Positions 11,026-19,929 of a stretch of DNA of 64,000 nt are shown one piece after another. The notes beneath the pieces were generated by a model. It was given only the letters and a program-made list of their open reading frames with translations. It searched no databases and was not told where the DNA came from. The position numbers and the translations under genes were made by a program. Origin of the DNA: an uncultured Chloroflexia bacterium (GTDB lineage Bacteria > Chloroflexota > Anaerolineae > DAOTYC01); contig CAWJLE010000005.1 of the NCBI GenBank assembly GCA_963843645.1, positions 119,494-183,493 of the forward strand, in the 5' to 3' direction. Each line of letters begins with the position of its first letter. The stretch's first letter is position 1.

Positions 11026-11098
11026 ACATCATCGGCGCACGCGCATGTGGTGCATCGTCTTCATCCAGATCGACCTCAGTCATCGCATCGGCTGCATC

Positions 11099-11506
11099 TC
11101 ACGCCAGGCCAGACGTCACCGGTTGGGCTGAGAGGAGTGCCTGCAACGCTCGGCTCACCTCGCCGACGGTGAAGGGCCGCCGGAGCACAGATTGCGCACC
11201 CATTCGTAGAAGGGCCTCCGGTTTCGGCCCGAAGGTTCCCGTCAAAGCGACGATCGGAGCATAGCCCGCCAATCGTGCCAGCCGCCGCGCCAGGTCGCCA
11301 TCCGCCGCGTCGTGCCAGACGTCCACAATAACGGCCGACAACCGCGGCAAGGACTGGCGGTCCAACACGGCCAGCGCCAGCGTCCACGTTGGGCTCGAAC
11401 GTGCGTCGAAGCCCTCTTCGTCCAGCTGAGCGTGGATCAACGCACGGGAATGCCAGTCCTCGATGATGAGCAGAATCACCGGCTGGACGTGTGGCCTGGT
11501 CTCCAT
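11099..11506 (-). CDS. Stand-alone CheY-like receiver domain protein
   Basis: A 135-aa product: LLIIEDW acidic pocket, VIVDV phospho-acceptor Asp, VALTG. An RRPF motif sits where receivers usually have KPF. There is no output domain. Confidence 0.7.
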   Translation of the reverse strand: METRPHVQPVILLIIEDWHSRALIHAQLDEEGFDARSSPTWTLALAVLDRQSLPRLSAVIVDVWHDAADGDLARRLARLAGYAPIVALTGTFGPKPEALLRMGAQSVLRRPFTVGEVSRALQALLSAQPVTSGLA

Positions 11507-11564
11507 CTCCTACCTCACCCTCATCCGTGATTTTAGCAGCTTTCACCCCAACTTTCAAGCCGGA

Positions 11565-11617
11565 TTGACAGAACTGGGGCTCCGTGCTATGATAATTCCT
11601 AATAAACTGTAGGAATT
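11565..11617 (+). promoter_or_regulatory. Consensus-like promoter (TTGACA-17 nt-TATGAT) plus 8-N8-8 inverted repeat, a putative Rrf2 operator
   Basis: TTGACA at 11565-11570 and TATGAT at 11588-11593. The inverted repeat AATTCCTA (11594-11601) / TAGGAATT (11610-11617) spans the expected +1 and the AGGA Shine-Dalgarno of the Rrf2 gene (ATG 11623). Confidence 0.6.
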
Positions 11618-11622
11618 GAAGC

Positions 11623-12036
11623 ATGCGATTTTCAAATCGAGAGCAATATGGTCTGCGCGCGATGGTGGAGTTCGCCCGTCGTTATGGCTCCGGCCCGGTG
11701 TCGCTCGGGGACATTGCGGAATCCCAGGATATCTCCCTTTCTTACCTGGAGCAGATCGTGGTCCCGTTGCGGAAGGCCGGCCTGTTGAGCAGTTGGCGAG
11801 GAGCCACGGGCGGCTATTCCCTGGTCGTGCCGCCGGTCGACGTCACCGCCGGTGACGTAATTCGCGCACTCGAGGGGCCACTTGTGCCGGTGCGGTGCCT
11901 CACCAGCGATGGGTCGTCGGTTTCCTGTGACCGGGAGGGCTCCTGTGCGGTACGCACGGTCTGGCGCAAAGTCGCGGACCGCCTGGAGGAAGCGCTCGAT
12001 TCCACGACGCTCGCGGATCTGATTGCCGATGCCTGA
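11623..12036 (+). CDS. Rrf2-family transcriptional regulator (IscR/CymR-like, three-Cys cluster motif)
   Basis: YGLRAMVEFARRYGSGPVSLGDIAESQDISLSYLEQIVVPLRKAGLLSSWRGATGGYSL is an Rrf2 winged helix. Cys residues lie in VRCLTSDGSSVSCDREGSC. It is the first gene upstream of the cysteine desulfurase. Confidence 0.88.
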   Translation: MRFSNREQYGLRAMVEFARRYGSGPVSLGDIAESQDISLSYLEQIVVPLRKAGLLSSWRGATGGYSLVVPPVDVTAGDVIRALEGPLVPVRCLTSDGSSVSCDREGSCAVRTVWRKVADRLEEALDSTTLADLIADA

Positions 12037-12109
12037 ACGCAGCTCAGCGCTGGACAGTCCCTGACGGTGGGGCTGCCATTTCTATTTTAAGTCACGAGGA
12101 GTTAACCCA

Positions 12110-13291
12110 ATGGCAGATAAGCTGATCTATATAGATCATGCAGCCACGACGGCTGTGGATCCACGCGTGGTCGAAGCGATGTTGCCGTACTTCAATACAC
12201 AGTACGGCAACCCGTCCAGCCTCTACAGGCTGGCTCGTGATTCGGCCAAAGGCCTGGACGATGCGCGCCGGACCATCACCGAAATCATGGGCGTGATGCC
12301 CAAGAACATCATCTTCACCAGTTGCGGCACCGAGAGTGACAACCTGGCCGTTCGTGGCGTCGCCTGGCTGGCCCGCGAGCAGGGCAAGGGCAACCACATC
12401 ATTACTACCTCCATCGAGCACCACGCCATCGGACACACGGTCGAACAGCTGGAGAAGCACTTCGGCTTCCATGCAACCTATTTGCCCGTCGACGAGACTG
12501 GCCGGGTCAATCCCGACGATGTCGCGCGGGCGATCACGCCCGAAACGGTTTTGATCAGCATTATGTACGCCAACAACGAGGTCGGGACCATCCAGCCGAT
12601 CGCGGAGATTGGCAAGATCGCCCGGGCCAAAGGCATTCCCTTCCACACCGATGCGGTGCAGGCTGGCGGGACTCTCAACATCCGGCCGGACGACATTCAC
12701 GTGGACCTGTTGTCTCTGTCCGCGCATAAGTTCTACGGCCCTAAAGGTATCGGTCTGCTCTACGTTCGCGACGGAATTCAGTTCCTGCCGACTCAAACCG
12801 GCGGCGGGCAGGAGAATCGGCGGCGCGGCGGCACCGAAAACGTGCCTTACATCGTGGGCATGGCCCAGGCGTTGAAGCTGGCCTACGACCACGCCGAGAG
12901 CAACAATGCGCGCATCGCCGGCCTGCGTGATCGGCTCATCAGTGAGGTCCTGGCGCGCATTCCGGAGACGCGCTTGACCGGGCATCCGACGGATCGCCTG
13001 CCCAACAGCGCGAGCTTCGTCTTCAAGTACGTCGAGGGGGAGAGCATCCTCCTCAACCTGGACCAGGCCGGTATTGCGGCCAGCAGCGGTTCGGCCTGTA
13101 CCACCGGCTCCGACGCGCCGTCACACGTCTTGAGCGCGATGGGCGCCTGTCCCGAGGAGATGCATGGCACGTTGCGCCTGACGCTCGGCAACGAAAACAC
13201 GGCGGAGGACGTGGACTACGTGCTCGACATGCTGCCGCGGACGGTCGAGAAGCTGCGGGCGATGAGCCCGCTCTACCACGCGAGCCGGTGA
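12110..13291 (+). CDS. nifS: Cysteine desulfurase (NifS/IscS/YrvO class V aminotransferase)
   Basis: A 393-aa product: IYIDHAATT, SAHKFYGPKGIG (PLP lysine), SSGSACTTG (active-site Cys loop). Confidence 0.93.
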   Translation: MADKLIYIDHAATTAVDPRVVEAMLPYFNTQYGNPSSLYRLARDSAKGLDDARRTITEIMGVMPKNIIFTSCGTESDNLAVRGVAWLAREQGKGNHIITTSIEHHAIGHTVEQLEKHFGFHATYLPVDETGRVNPDDVARAITPETVLISIMYANNEVGTIQPIAEIGKIARAKGIPFHTDAVQAGGTLNIRPDDIHVDLLSLSAHKFYGPKGIGLLYVRDGIQFLPTQTGGGQENRRRGGTENVPYIVGMAQALKLAYDHAESNNARIAGLRDRLISEVLARIPETRLTGHPTDRLPNSASFVFKYVEGESILLNLDQAGIAASSGSACTTGSDAPSHVLSAMGACPEEMHGTLRLTLGNENTAEDVDYVLDMLPRTVEKLRAMSPLYHASR

Positions 13292-13342
13292 GGCGGGGCG
13301 CACCACGAAACGCACGCCGGTTTCTGACAGGGAAAACGTGGC

Positions 13343-14233
13343 TTGGGACTTTCGCACTACGGGTATTTTCTGCGGCATAACGCGGCCAGCCGCGTGCTCC
13401 ACCGGCGCCGGCCGCTCCTGGCAGGCGTTAAGCTGACCCACCGCTGCAATCTCCGTTGCCGGGCCTGTCCCTTCTGGCGGCGGTCCGGGCCCGAGATGGC
13501 GCTGTCAGGGGTGCAGGAGGCTCTGCACCGGCTGCACAGGGCTGGGGTGCGTCTGTGCATTCTCGAGGGCGGCGAGCCGTTCCTTTGGCGCGACGGCCCG
13601 CATGGGTTGGAGGATGTCGTCGAGTTGGCTCGCCGCCTCTTCTTCTGCACGGGAGTCGTCACGAACGGATTGCTGCCCATCGAGACGAGCGCGGACGCAG
13701 TCTGGGTCAGCATCGATGGCTTGCGTGAGTCACACGACTACAACCGGGGACCCACGTTCGACCGGGTGATCGAGCACATCCAGGCGTCACGTCATCCTCG
13801 CCTGATGGCCAACGTCACGATCAACCGCCGCAACTGGACAGAGATCACCGCGCTGGTGGAGTTCCTGGCCGGCAAGGTCAAAGGGATCACGATTCAGTTC
13901 TACTATCCATACGCGGGGACCGAGGACCTCTTTCTGCCGTTTGCAGAGCGTCGGCAGGTCCTGAACCGGCTGATCGAACTGAAACGAGCGGGCTATCCGA
14001 TTGCGGATTCCGTCGGCGCTCTCCGGGCGCTGCGTGACAATCGCTGGCGCTGCTTCTCGTGGCTCATCAGCAGCGTCGAGCCGGACGGCCAGATTGCGTT
14101 GGGTTGCTACCTCAAGAACCGGGCGGCCGTCCACTGCGAGCGATGTGGCTTTGCGGCTCACACCGAGATCTCCATGGCCTACAACGGCAGCCTGGGTGCG
14201 ATCAGGGCCGGCCAGGCCATCTTTGGGTTCTAG
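13343..14233 (+). CDS. Radical SAM protein of unknown function with C-terminal Cys-rich auxiliary region
   Basis: CNLRCRACPFW (CxxxCxxC) near the N-terminus, GGEPFLW, VVTNG, and a C-terminal CFSW...GCYLKNRAAVHCERCGF. The product is 296 aa and sits between the desulfurase and mnmA. Confidence 0.8.
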   Translation: MGLSHYGYFLRHNAASRVLHRRRPLLAGVKLTHRCNLRCRACPFWRRSGPEMALSGVQEALHRLHRAGVRLCILEGGEPFLWRDGPHGLEDVVELARRLFFCTGVVTNGLLPIETSADAVWVSIDGLRESHDYNRGPTFDRVIEHIQASRHPRLMANVTINRRNWTEITALVEFLAGKVKGITIQFYYPYAGTEDLFLPFAERRQVLNRLIELKRAGYPIADSVGALRALRDNRWRCFSWLISSVEPDGQIALGCYLKNRAAVHCERCGFAAHTEISMAYNGSLGAIRAGQAIFGF

Positions 14234-14234
14234 A

Positions 14235-15333
14235 ATGGGACCGGAAGTATCGCGGCCGGGAGGAGAGCCCTATCGCGGTTGCCATGAGCGGCGGCGTGGA
14301 TAGCACGATGGCCGCGACCCTCCTGCGTGAGCAGGGCTGCGATGTCATCGGCGTGACGATGCGTTTGTGGAAGGAGGCCGAGGTTGCCACGTCAGCGTCC
14401 AATTTGGACGGAATCGAGGAAGCTCGGCGGGTATGCCTGGCGTTGAGCATCCCTTTCCACGTTGTGGACTTCCAGTCGGCGTTCAAGGCGGCTGTGGTGG
14501 ATTACTTCGTAGAAGCCTATAGCCGCGCAACTACGCCGAATCCGTGCGTGGCCTGCAACCGGTACATCAAGTTCGGGCTGCTTCTCGACGCCTCGCGCAC
14601 GCTGGGGGCCGAAAGGCTGGCGACGGGCCACTACGTGCGCACGGACCTGGTGGACGGGACGTATCGACTCCTGAGGGCGCGTGACTTGAAGAAGGACCAG
14701 TCCTACGTCCTCTATCAACTCACCCAGAACGAGCTCAGGCGCGTGTCTTTTCCGTTAGGCGAGTACACGAAGGAACAGGTAAGGGACATGGCTCGTGAGC
14801 GCCGCCTGCCTGTAGCCGATAGGGCTGAAAGCCAGGAGGCGTGCTTCATCACTGACAACGACTACCGTCGTTTCGTACGCGAACATGCACCGGAGAGCGT
14901 CGTCCCTGGGCCCATTCTCGACACGTCCGGCGGGAACATTGGCCGCCATCATGGGCTGCCATTCTACACCGTCGGACAGCGGAGCGGTCTGGGAATTGCT
15001 GCGCCAGAGCCCTTGTACGTTCTGGAGCTCGACGCCGCGCGCAATGCGCTGATAGTGGGGCCGGCGGCCGAGCTGGGCCGCGAGGAGCTGTGGGCCAGCG
15101 GCGTGACGTACGTCAGTGGGCGGCGGCCGGAGCCGGATACGCAGATCACGGCCAAGATCCGCTACAGTGCTCGACCGGCGGCTGCTACCCTGTCACCGCT
15201 CAGCGAGACCACTGCCCACGTGCGGTTCGCTGCACCACTGCGTGACATCACGCCCGGCCAAAGCGTCGTCTTCTATCGAGGGGACGAAGTTCTCGGCGGC
15301 GGGATCATTACGTCGGAGCGTCGGCGTTTGTGA
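14235..15333 (+). CDS. mnmA: tRNA-specific 2-thiouridylase MnmA (start uncertain; possible frame break near 14270)
   Basis: PIAVAMSGGVDSTMAATLL (PP-loop), CVACNRYIKFG, KDQSYVLY and RGDEVLGGGII are MnmA hallmarks (ORF 14059..15333). The only nearby ATG (14235) is in another frame, and no canonical in-frame start precedes the PP-loop strand. Confidence 0.88.
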
Positions 15334-15366
15334 AAGCATATTGCTTGCCTACATTACCCGCGAGAG

Positions 15367-15630
15367 GTGCTTGCCATGCCATCGTTGCCTGCAATTCTGC
15401 TATCCCTCGTTTTGGCCAGCTTGTACGCGGGCCTCTTTCATTTCGTCAAGGGCAAGACCACCACCGAACTCCCACTCTTTTGGGCCGCGAGCGTCGTCGG
15501 GTTCGGCACAGGTCAGCTGGCGGCCTATTCGCTCGGCACTGCCTTCCTGATGATCGGTGAGATTCATCTGCTGGAAGGCACCCTCGCCAGCTTTGTCTTT
15601 CTTTCAATTGTCAGATGGCTCAAACTATGA
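15367..15630 (+). CDS. Small hypothetical membrane protein (3 predicted TM segments)
   Basis: An 87-aa hydrophobic ORF directly after mnmA. I recognise no motif. Confidence 0.45.
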   Translation: MLAMPSLPAILLSLVLASLYAGLFHFVKGKTTTELPLFWAASVVGFGTGQLAAYSLGTAFLMIGEIHLLEGTLASFVFLSIVRWLKL

Positions 15631-15714
15631 TATAATTCGCATGATATGACGCACGCGAGAAGCCTTGCGCCGCCCGCACGGGCGGTGAGGCTGCTTCGTT
15701 GAAGGAGGAAGGCC

Positions 15715-16023
15715 ATGAGCCCCGATTGGGTGCGGATCGTAAGAGACGTGGCCGTCATCGTTCTCGCGCTCGAGTCGATCGTAATTGGCGCAGTGCTTGT
15801 TATTTTGGCCTTGCAGGTTAGAAGCCTGGTGGACCTTCTGCAACATGAAATCAAGCCAATTCTGAACTCGGCGAACGAGACGATGGGCACCGTTCGCGGC
15901 ACCACGTCTCTGGTAAGCAAGGGCCTCGTATCGCCGGCTATCAATGTTATCAGTTACGGTGCGGCCGCGCGACGAGTAATCGACATAATCTTTCGGCGTC
16001 GGTCCGGCAGCAAGGCGCCGTGA
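15715..16023 (+). CDS. DUF948-like membrane-anchored protein
   Basis: A 102-aa product with an N-terminal TM segment (VAVIVLALESIVIGAVLVILAL) followed by a helical region. It pairs with a YtxH-like gene, as is common for DUF948/YtxH. Confidence 0.5.
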   Translation: MSPDWVRIVRDVAVIVLALESIVIGAVLVILALQVRSLVDLLQHEIKPILNSANETMGTVRGTTSLVSKGLVSPAINVISYGAAARRVIDIIFRRRSGSKAP

Positions 16024-16098
16024 GGCTCTGCTGGGCCGAGATTGACACTGACCAATGTCTGGCGATGCAGCGCTGGTGGAGCGCGAAAGGAGGCTCTC

Positions 16099-16476
16099 AT
16101 GAGTGACAGAGACGGAGGCGGCGAGTTCTTCGCCGGATTTATCGTTGGCGGCCTGGTGGGGGCGGTTCTGGCTTTGATCCTGGCCCCGCAGCCGGGAGAA
16201 CAGACCCGCGCCCTGATTAAGGACCGAGGGATCGAGCTAAAGGATCGCGCCTCGGGGTTTTCCACTGACGTCATTAAAAAGGCCGAAGAGCTGTCTACCG
16301 AAGCCAAGAGACGGGCGGAGGAATTGTCCAACGAGGCAACCAGGACGGTCGACGACTTCACCGAAAAGAGCAAGGGTGCGGTGAAATCAGCTATCAACGA
16401 AGGAATGGAAGTGGCTCGCAAGAAAAGAGAAGACCTTACGAGCCAGTTCGGCGCCGAGCCACAAGAGGAAAGCTGA
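16099..16476 (+). CDS. YtxH-like general stress protein
   Basis: MSDRDGGGEFFAGFIVGGLVGAVLALILAPQPGEQTR, a YtxH-type glycine-zipper TM motif, followed by a charged helical repeat region (AEELSTEAKRRAEELSNEA). Confidence 0.65.
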   Translation: MSDRDGGGEFFAGFIVGGLVGAVLALILAPQPGEQTRALIKDRGIELKDRASGFSTDVIKKAEELSTEAKRRAEELSNEATRTVDDFTEKSKGAVKSAINEGMEVARKKREDLTSQFGAEPQEES

Positions 16477-16547
16477 CATAGGTATCGATCGTGCTCTTGC
16501 CGCAGTGGCGTGAGGATGTGCGATTGAGCGAGCTTGGATCAGTTTAA

Positions 16548-16590
16548 AAACGGCCTTCCGAAGTCTGTGAGAGACTTCGGAAGGCCGTTT
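16548..16590. terminator. Bidirectional terminator hairpin (19-bp stem) containing the GACTTCGGAAG core
   Basis: AAACGGCCTTCCGAAGTCT (16548-16566), loop GTGAG, AGACTTCGGAAGGCCGTTT (16572-16590). It lies between convergent genes and abuts the stop of the NYN gene. Confidence 0.75.
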
Positions 16591-17090
16591 CATTTCTTCT
16601 TGCCCCTCTTGAAGAGGGCAAGCCACTCGTTCACCTCGCGAGCCGGTAAACGCTCCTCGAGTTTCGGCTTCTTGGGCCGGCGCCGCCGAGGGCCGTGCGT
16701 GCCGGCCATCTGGTGGGCGAAATCCGCGGCCGACATCACCTGCGCACCGAGTTGTCTGGCCGCGTTTAGGATCTCCAGGTCTGAGGAAACCACCAGCAGG
16801 TGCTCCGGATCGCCGGCGTGCTGGATTCGAGAAATGATGAGCCGGTCAGCGGAAGAGTGCTGACCGGCGAAGACAACCTCCACTCCGCCGCCTGACAGAT
16901 TATAGGGCGGCGTGTACGATTCTCCGGGGTCGAAGATCACCGTGATGGGCGTATTGACGGCGCTGTGATACACTTTCAGGCGCTGCACGAGCTTGATTTC
17001 GTCGTCCGGGTCAGCCAGCGACAGGTCCGGCATCTGGCCGATCAGATTGTGCCCATCGATCAGGATCGCGCCCCGTGCCTTCCGAGCCAT
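16590..17090 (-). CDS. NYN/PIN-like domain protein (YacP/Rae1 family ribonuclease-like)
   Basis: ILIDGHNLIGQMPDL ... VIFDPG ... VVFAGQHSSADRLII ... LLVVSSDLEILNAARQLGAQVMSAADF matches the YacP-type NYN layout. The ATG at 17088-17090 overlaps the stop of the upstream L,D-transpeptidase (TGATG), which favours this start over 17177. Confidence 0.7.
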   Translation of the reverse strand: MARKARGAILIDGHNLIGQMPDLSLADPDDEIKLVQRLKVYHSAVNTPITVIFDPGESYTPPYNLSGGGVEVVFAGQHSSADRLIISRIQHAGDPEHLLVVSSDLEILNAARQLGAQVMSAADFAHQMAGTHGPRRRRPKKPKLEERLPAREVNEWLALFKRGKKK

Positions 17091-18580
17091 CACTCGTGGA
17101 CTACTACGAGCGTCCCCGGCGTGTTGTTGTTGGCCTTTGCGGTCGTTGCGTTCTTTGGCAGCTTGGGTTCGACCCAATTAAATAACTTCTTGGCATCCTC
17201 GGTCTTCATGTTCACGCAGCCGTGGCTCATCGGATGACCGAAATTCTTGTGCCAATACGTGCCGTGCAGTGAGTACCCGTCGAAGAAAAACATAGTGTAA
17301 GGCACGTTCGGCAGCATGTAGCCGGGGCCTGACATTCCGATGGATTTGTACTTGGAATAGATGTGGTAGGATCCCTTTACTGTGGGTGTCCCCGGCAACC
17401 CGGTCGAGACTTTCACTTCCATGAAAATCTTGCCGTTTTCGTAGGCGCGCAGCATTTGCTCGCTCAGGTCGACGTCGATGACCTTCCCTTTGGCCGTGGG
17501 CGCGGCGATGGTCGGTACCAGGAACCACTCCGGCAAAATCACCGACGTCAACGGATTGGTCTCCGGGTACCAGGGGGCTCGGAAGTTGGTGGCGTTCCAA
17601 ACGGTCTCGGGTTGCGTCGCTGCGGCCGAGTGGGCCACGGCCTGCGGCAGCACGGTAGGCGGCACAGCCCGAGCCGCCACGCGGGCCGGAGTAGCCTGCG
17701 CCAGTACCGTCGGAGGCACCGCGGCCGTTGGTGAAGCTTCAGGCGTCGGGGGCAGGGGCGTGTTGCTCGCCGTGGGCGTGATGGTTGGCACGACGTTGGT
17801 GCGGCGGAAGACGACTGTGACGCGGAGAGCGAGCAACTCCGGCGTGGCAGTGGCAGGGAGCTCCGGCGACGTCTCGGCCTGCACGGGGGACGTCGGTGTG
17901 ATCGCCTCAGATGTCTCGACCGGTTCCGTACTCAATGCGATGGCCGCGCGATCGGCCAACACCTGTTCACCCCAGCTCGACGTCGGCGTGCTGCGCAGCG
18001 CCGCCACAGCCGTGGGTGATGGCGTCGACTTGTCGAGCAGGCGCACGTCCGGCGTGGGGCCTCGCATGAAGCCAGCAGATGGGCCCATCAACACGTACAG
18101 TGTGCTCGCACACGCCACAGCACCCGCCGCAACCGCAGCGCGGAGTGCGTACGATCCCCAGGCCCGCTTCTGCAATTCCGGCGTGGCTGCGGACGTCATG
18201 ACGGCACCCTCAGCGGCGGAGCCTTCGCCGGCGCAAATGGCGGCGATTGTCGCTCTACGTCTGGCCCATTCCAGACCTTCGCGGATGTGAGGTTGCCCGG
18301 GGGACAGCTCCAGGGCGTACTCCAGATACTGAATGCTCTGCTGCGGGTTGCCTACGATACCGGCCAACCATATCCAGGCCTTGGCTCGCTCGGGCTCAAG
18401 CGCCAGCGAGGCGCGCAACAGCCGCTCCGCTGCCGCGCGCTTGCCGGCGATGGCGGCAACCACACCGTCGAGGTACATGTCGTCCGCTTCGTGTTGCTCG
18501 ATGTTGGCGGGAAACCCAAGACCCACGCCGGCGGCTGCTGTGGACTTCTGGTTTGGAGAATAATCGTCGAGAGTGACCAT
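17090..18580 (-). CDS. L,D-transpeptidase (YkuD domain) with N-terminal TPR-like region, TM segment and Pro/Thr/Ala-rich linker
   Basis: C-terminal KVIDVDLSEQMLRAYENGK ... YSLHGTYWHKNFGHPMSHGCVNM is the YkuD catalytic motif. AAGGAGG precedes the ATG at 18580; the ORF is open to 18628. Confidence 0.85.
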   Translation of the reverse strand: MVTLDDYSPNQKSTAAAGVGLGFPANIEQHEADDMYLDGVVAAIAGKRAAAERLLRASLALEPERAKAWIWLAGIVGNPQQSIQYLEYALELSPGQPHIREGLEWARRRATIAAICAGEGSAAEGAVMTSAATPELQKRAWGSYALRAAVAAGAVACASTLYVLMGPSAGFMRGPTPDVRLLDKSTPSPTAVAALRSTPTSSWGEQVLADRAAIALSTEPVETSEAITPTSPVQAETSPELPATATPELLALRVTVVFRRTNVVPTITPTASNTPLPPTPEASPTAAVPPTVLAQATPARVAARAVPPTVLPQAVAHSAAATQPETVWNATNFRAPWYPETNPLTSVILPEWFLVPTIAAPTAKGKVIDVDLSEQMLRAYENGKIFMEVKVSTGLPGTPTVKGSYHIYSKYKSIGMSGPGYMLPNVPYTMFFFDGYSLHGTYWHKNFGHPMSHGCVNMKTEDAKKLFNWVEPKLPKNATTAKANNNTPGTLVVVHE

Positions 18581-18677
18581 CCTCGCCTCCTTGTCAACCG
18601 GGAACATGCCGGCCTGATATCTGGCCACGTTCAGAAATAGTAAGGGCCAGTGGATTTCTGCCTATCGCAGATACACG

Positions 18678-19883
18678 TCACGCGCCAAACTTTGCCAGCC
18701 GCTCGGCATTTGCCAGCAGCATCGGCATCAGGTCTGTTGCCTGGAAGTGGCCCAACACGCCCCGGGCACACTCTCGCTCCGAGAATGACTCGGACAGGCC
18801 GGAGCGGCAGCATTTCGACCAGATCAACGTCGGCACGGGGTGCCAGCTGTGTGCCTTCAGCAACGACGGCGTGGAGTGGTCGCCGGTGACGGCGATCACA
18901 TCCGGATTCAGGGCCAACAACTGAGGGAGCAGCCCATCCAGCTCTTCGATGACGTGGACCTTGCTGTCGAAGTTGCCGTCCTCGCCGTAGCTGTCCGTTT
19001 TCTTTACGTGAAGGTAGAAGAAGTCGTAATCTGCGTAGTTTTGTTTCAACGTCGCAAACTCGTCGGGCACGTTGTCGCCGGTCGGGAGCAGCTTCATGCC
19101 GATCAGGCTGGTCACGCCACGGTACATCGGGTAGCTGGCGATCGACCCGCACTTCAGCTTGTAGACTTCGGTCATCGACGGCAGGGCCGGCGTCTTCGCA
19201 AAACCGCGGAGGGTCAACATGTTGGCCGGATGCTGGTCGGCCAGCACTTTGTGGGCTCGCGCAATCCACTGGTTGACCAGGGCCGCCGTCGCTGCAGCGC
19301 CCGGGTGATGTGGCTCGACCGGCAAGGGTGCCACGCCGACCTGCTGCGGGTCGGTTTCGGACAGGTCGCCGCTCAGGCCCTCTCCGCGAAACACCAGGAC
19401 AAATCGGTGCTCCTTGACCGTCCGCACGAAAATTTCCACGTTGGGCAGCTTGATTTCCTGCAACATGGCGGTCAGCTTCGAGTTCATTTCCGTGGGAATA
19501 CGACCGGCGCGGCGGTCGGTGATGAGGCCGTTTGTGTCTATCGTGCAGAAGTTGCCACGCGCGGCCACATCGTTCGGCCCCATCTCGAATCCGATACCGA
19601 CCGCTTCCAGCACGCCGCGTCCGATCTCGTACTTGAGTGGGTCGTAGCCAAAGAGAGCCAGGTGAGCGGGCCCGCTGCCGGGCGTGATGCCGCGCGAGAT
19701 TGGGATGCTCAGGCCGCACTCGCCCTCGCGTGCCAGCCGGTCCAGGTTGGGCGTCCTCGCGGTTTCCAACTCGGTCTTGCCGCCCGCCTGCCAGGGCAAG
19801 CCGCCCAGACCGTCCATAACCACCATCACGATCTTGCTATCGTGCTCGACCGTCAACTCTTTCATCAATTCAAAGTTGCTCAT
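18678..19883 (-). CDS. apgM: Cofactor-independent phosphoglycerate mutase, ApgM type
   Basis: A 401-aa product: KIVMVVMDGLGGLP ... TPNLDRLA ... ITPGSGPAHLALFGYDP ... VTGDHSTP is typical of the archaeal-type iPGM / alkaline-phosphatase superfamily. Confidence 0.85.
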   Translation of the reverse strand: MSNFELMKELTVEHDSKIVMVVMDGLGGLPWQAGGKTELETARTPNLDRLAREGECGLSIPISRGITPGSGPAHLALFGYDPLKYEIGRGVLEAVGIGFEMGPNDVAARGNFCTIDTNGLITDRRAGRIPTEMNSKLTAMLQEIKLPNVEIFVRTVKEHRFVLVFRGEGLSGDLSETDPQQVGVAPLPVEPHHPGAAATAALVNQWIARAHKVLADQHPANMLTLRGFAKTPALPSMTEVYKLKCGSIASYPMYRGVTSLIGMKLLPTGDNVPDEFATLKQNYADYDFFYLHVKKTDSYGEDGNFDSKVHVIEELDGLLPQLLALNPDVIAVTGDHSTPSLLKAHSWHPVPTLIWSKCCRSGLSESFSERECARGVLGHFQATDLMPMLLANAERLAKFGA

Positions 19884-19929
19884 CTTACCTCCAACAATTC
19901 ATCACCAGGAAATTCCGAAGATGGCGAAA

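Noticed and set aside
13343-14233. Radical SAM gene as the missing partner of the Memo-like AmmeMemoRadiSam B protein at 24811..25671.
   Set aside because: It is 11 kb away on the opposite strand and embedded in a different operon. No AMMECR1-type gene is present in the window.
14059-14234. N-terminal 58-aa extension of mnmA as listed in ORF 14059..15333.
   Set aside because: It overlaps the 3' end of the radical SAM gene, is Arg/Gly/Pro-rich and has no counterpart in MnmA proteins. The true start is near 14235-14284, possibly hidden by an indel.
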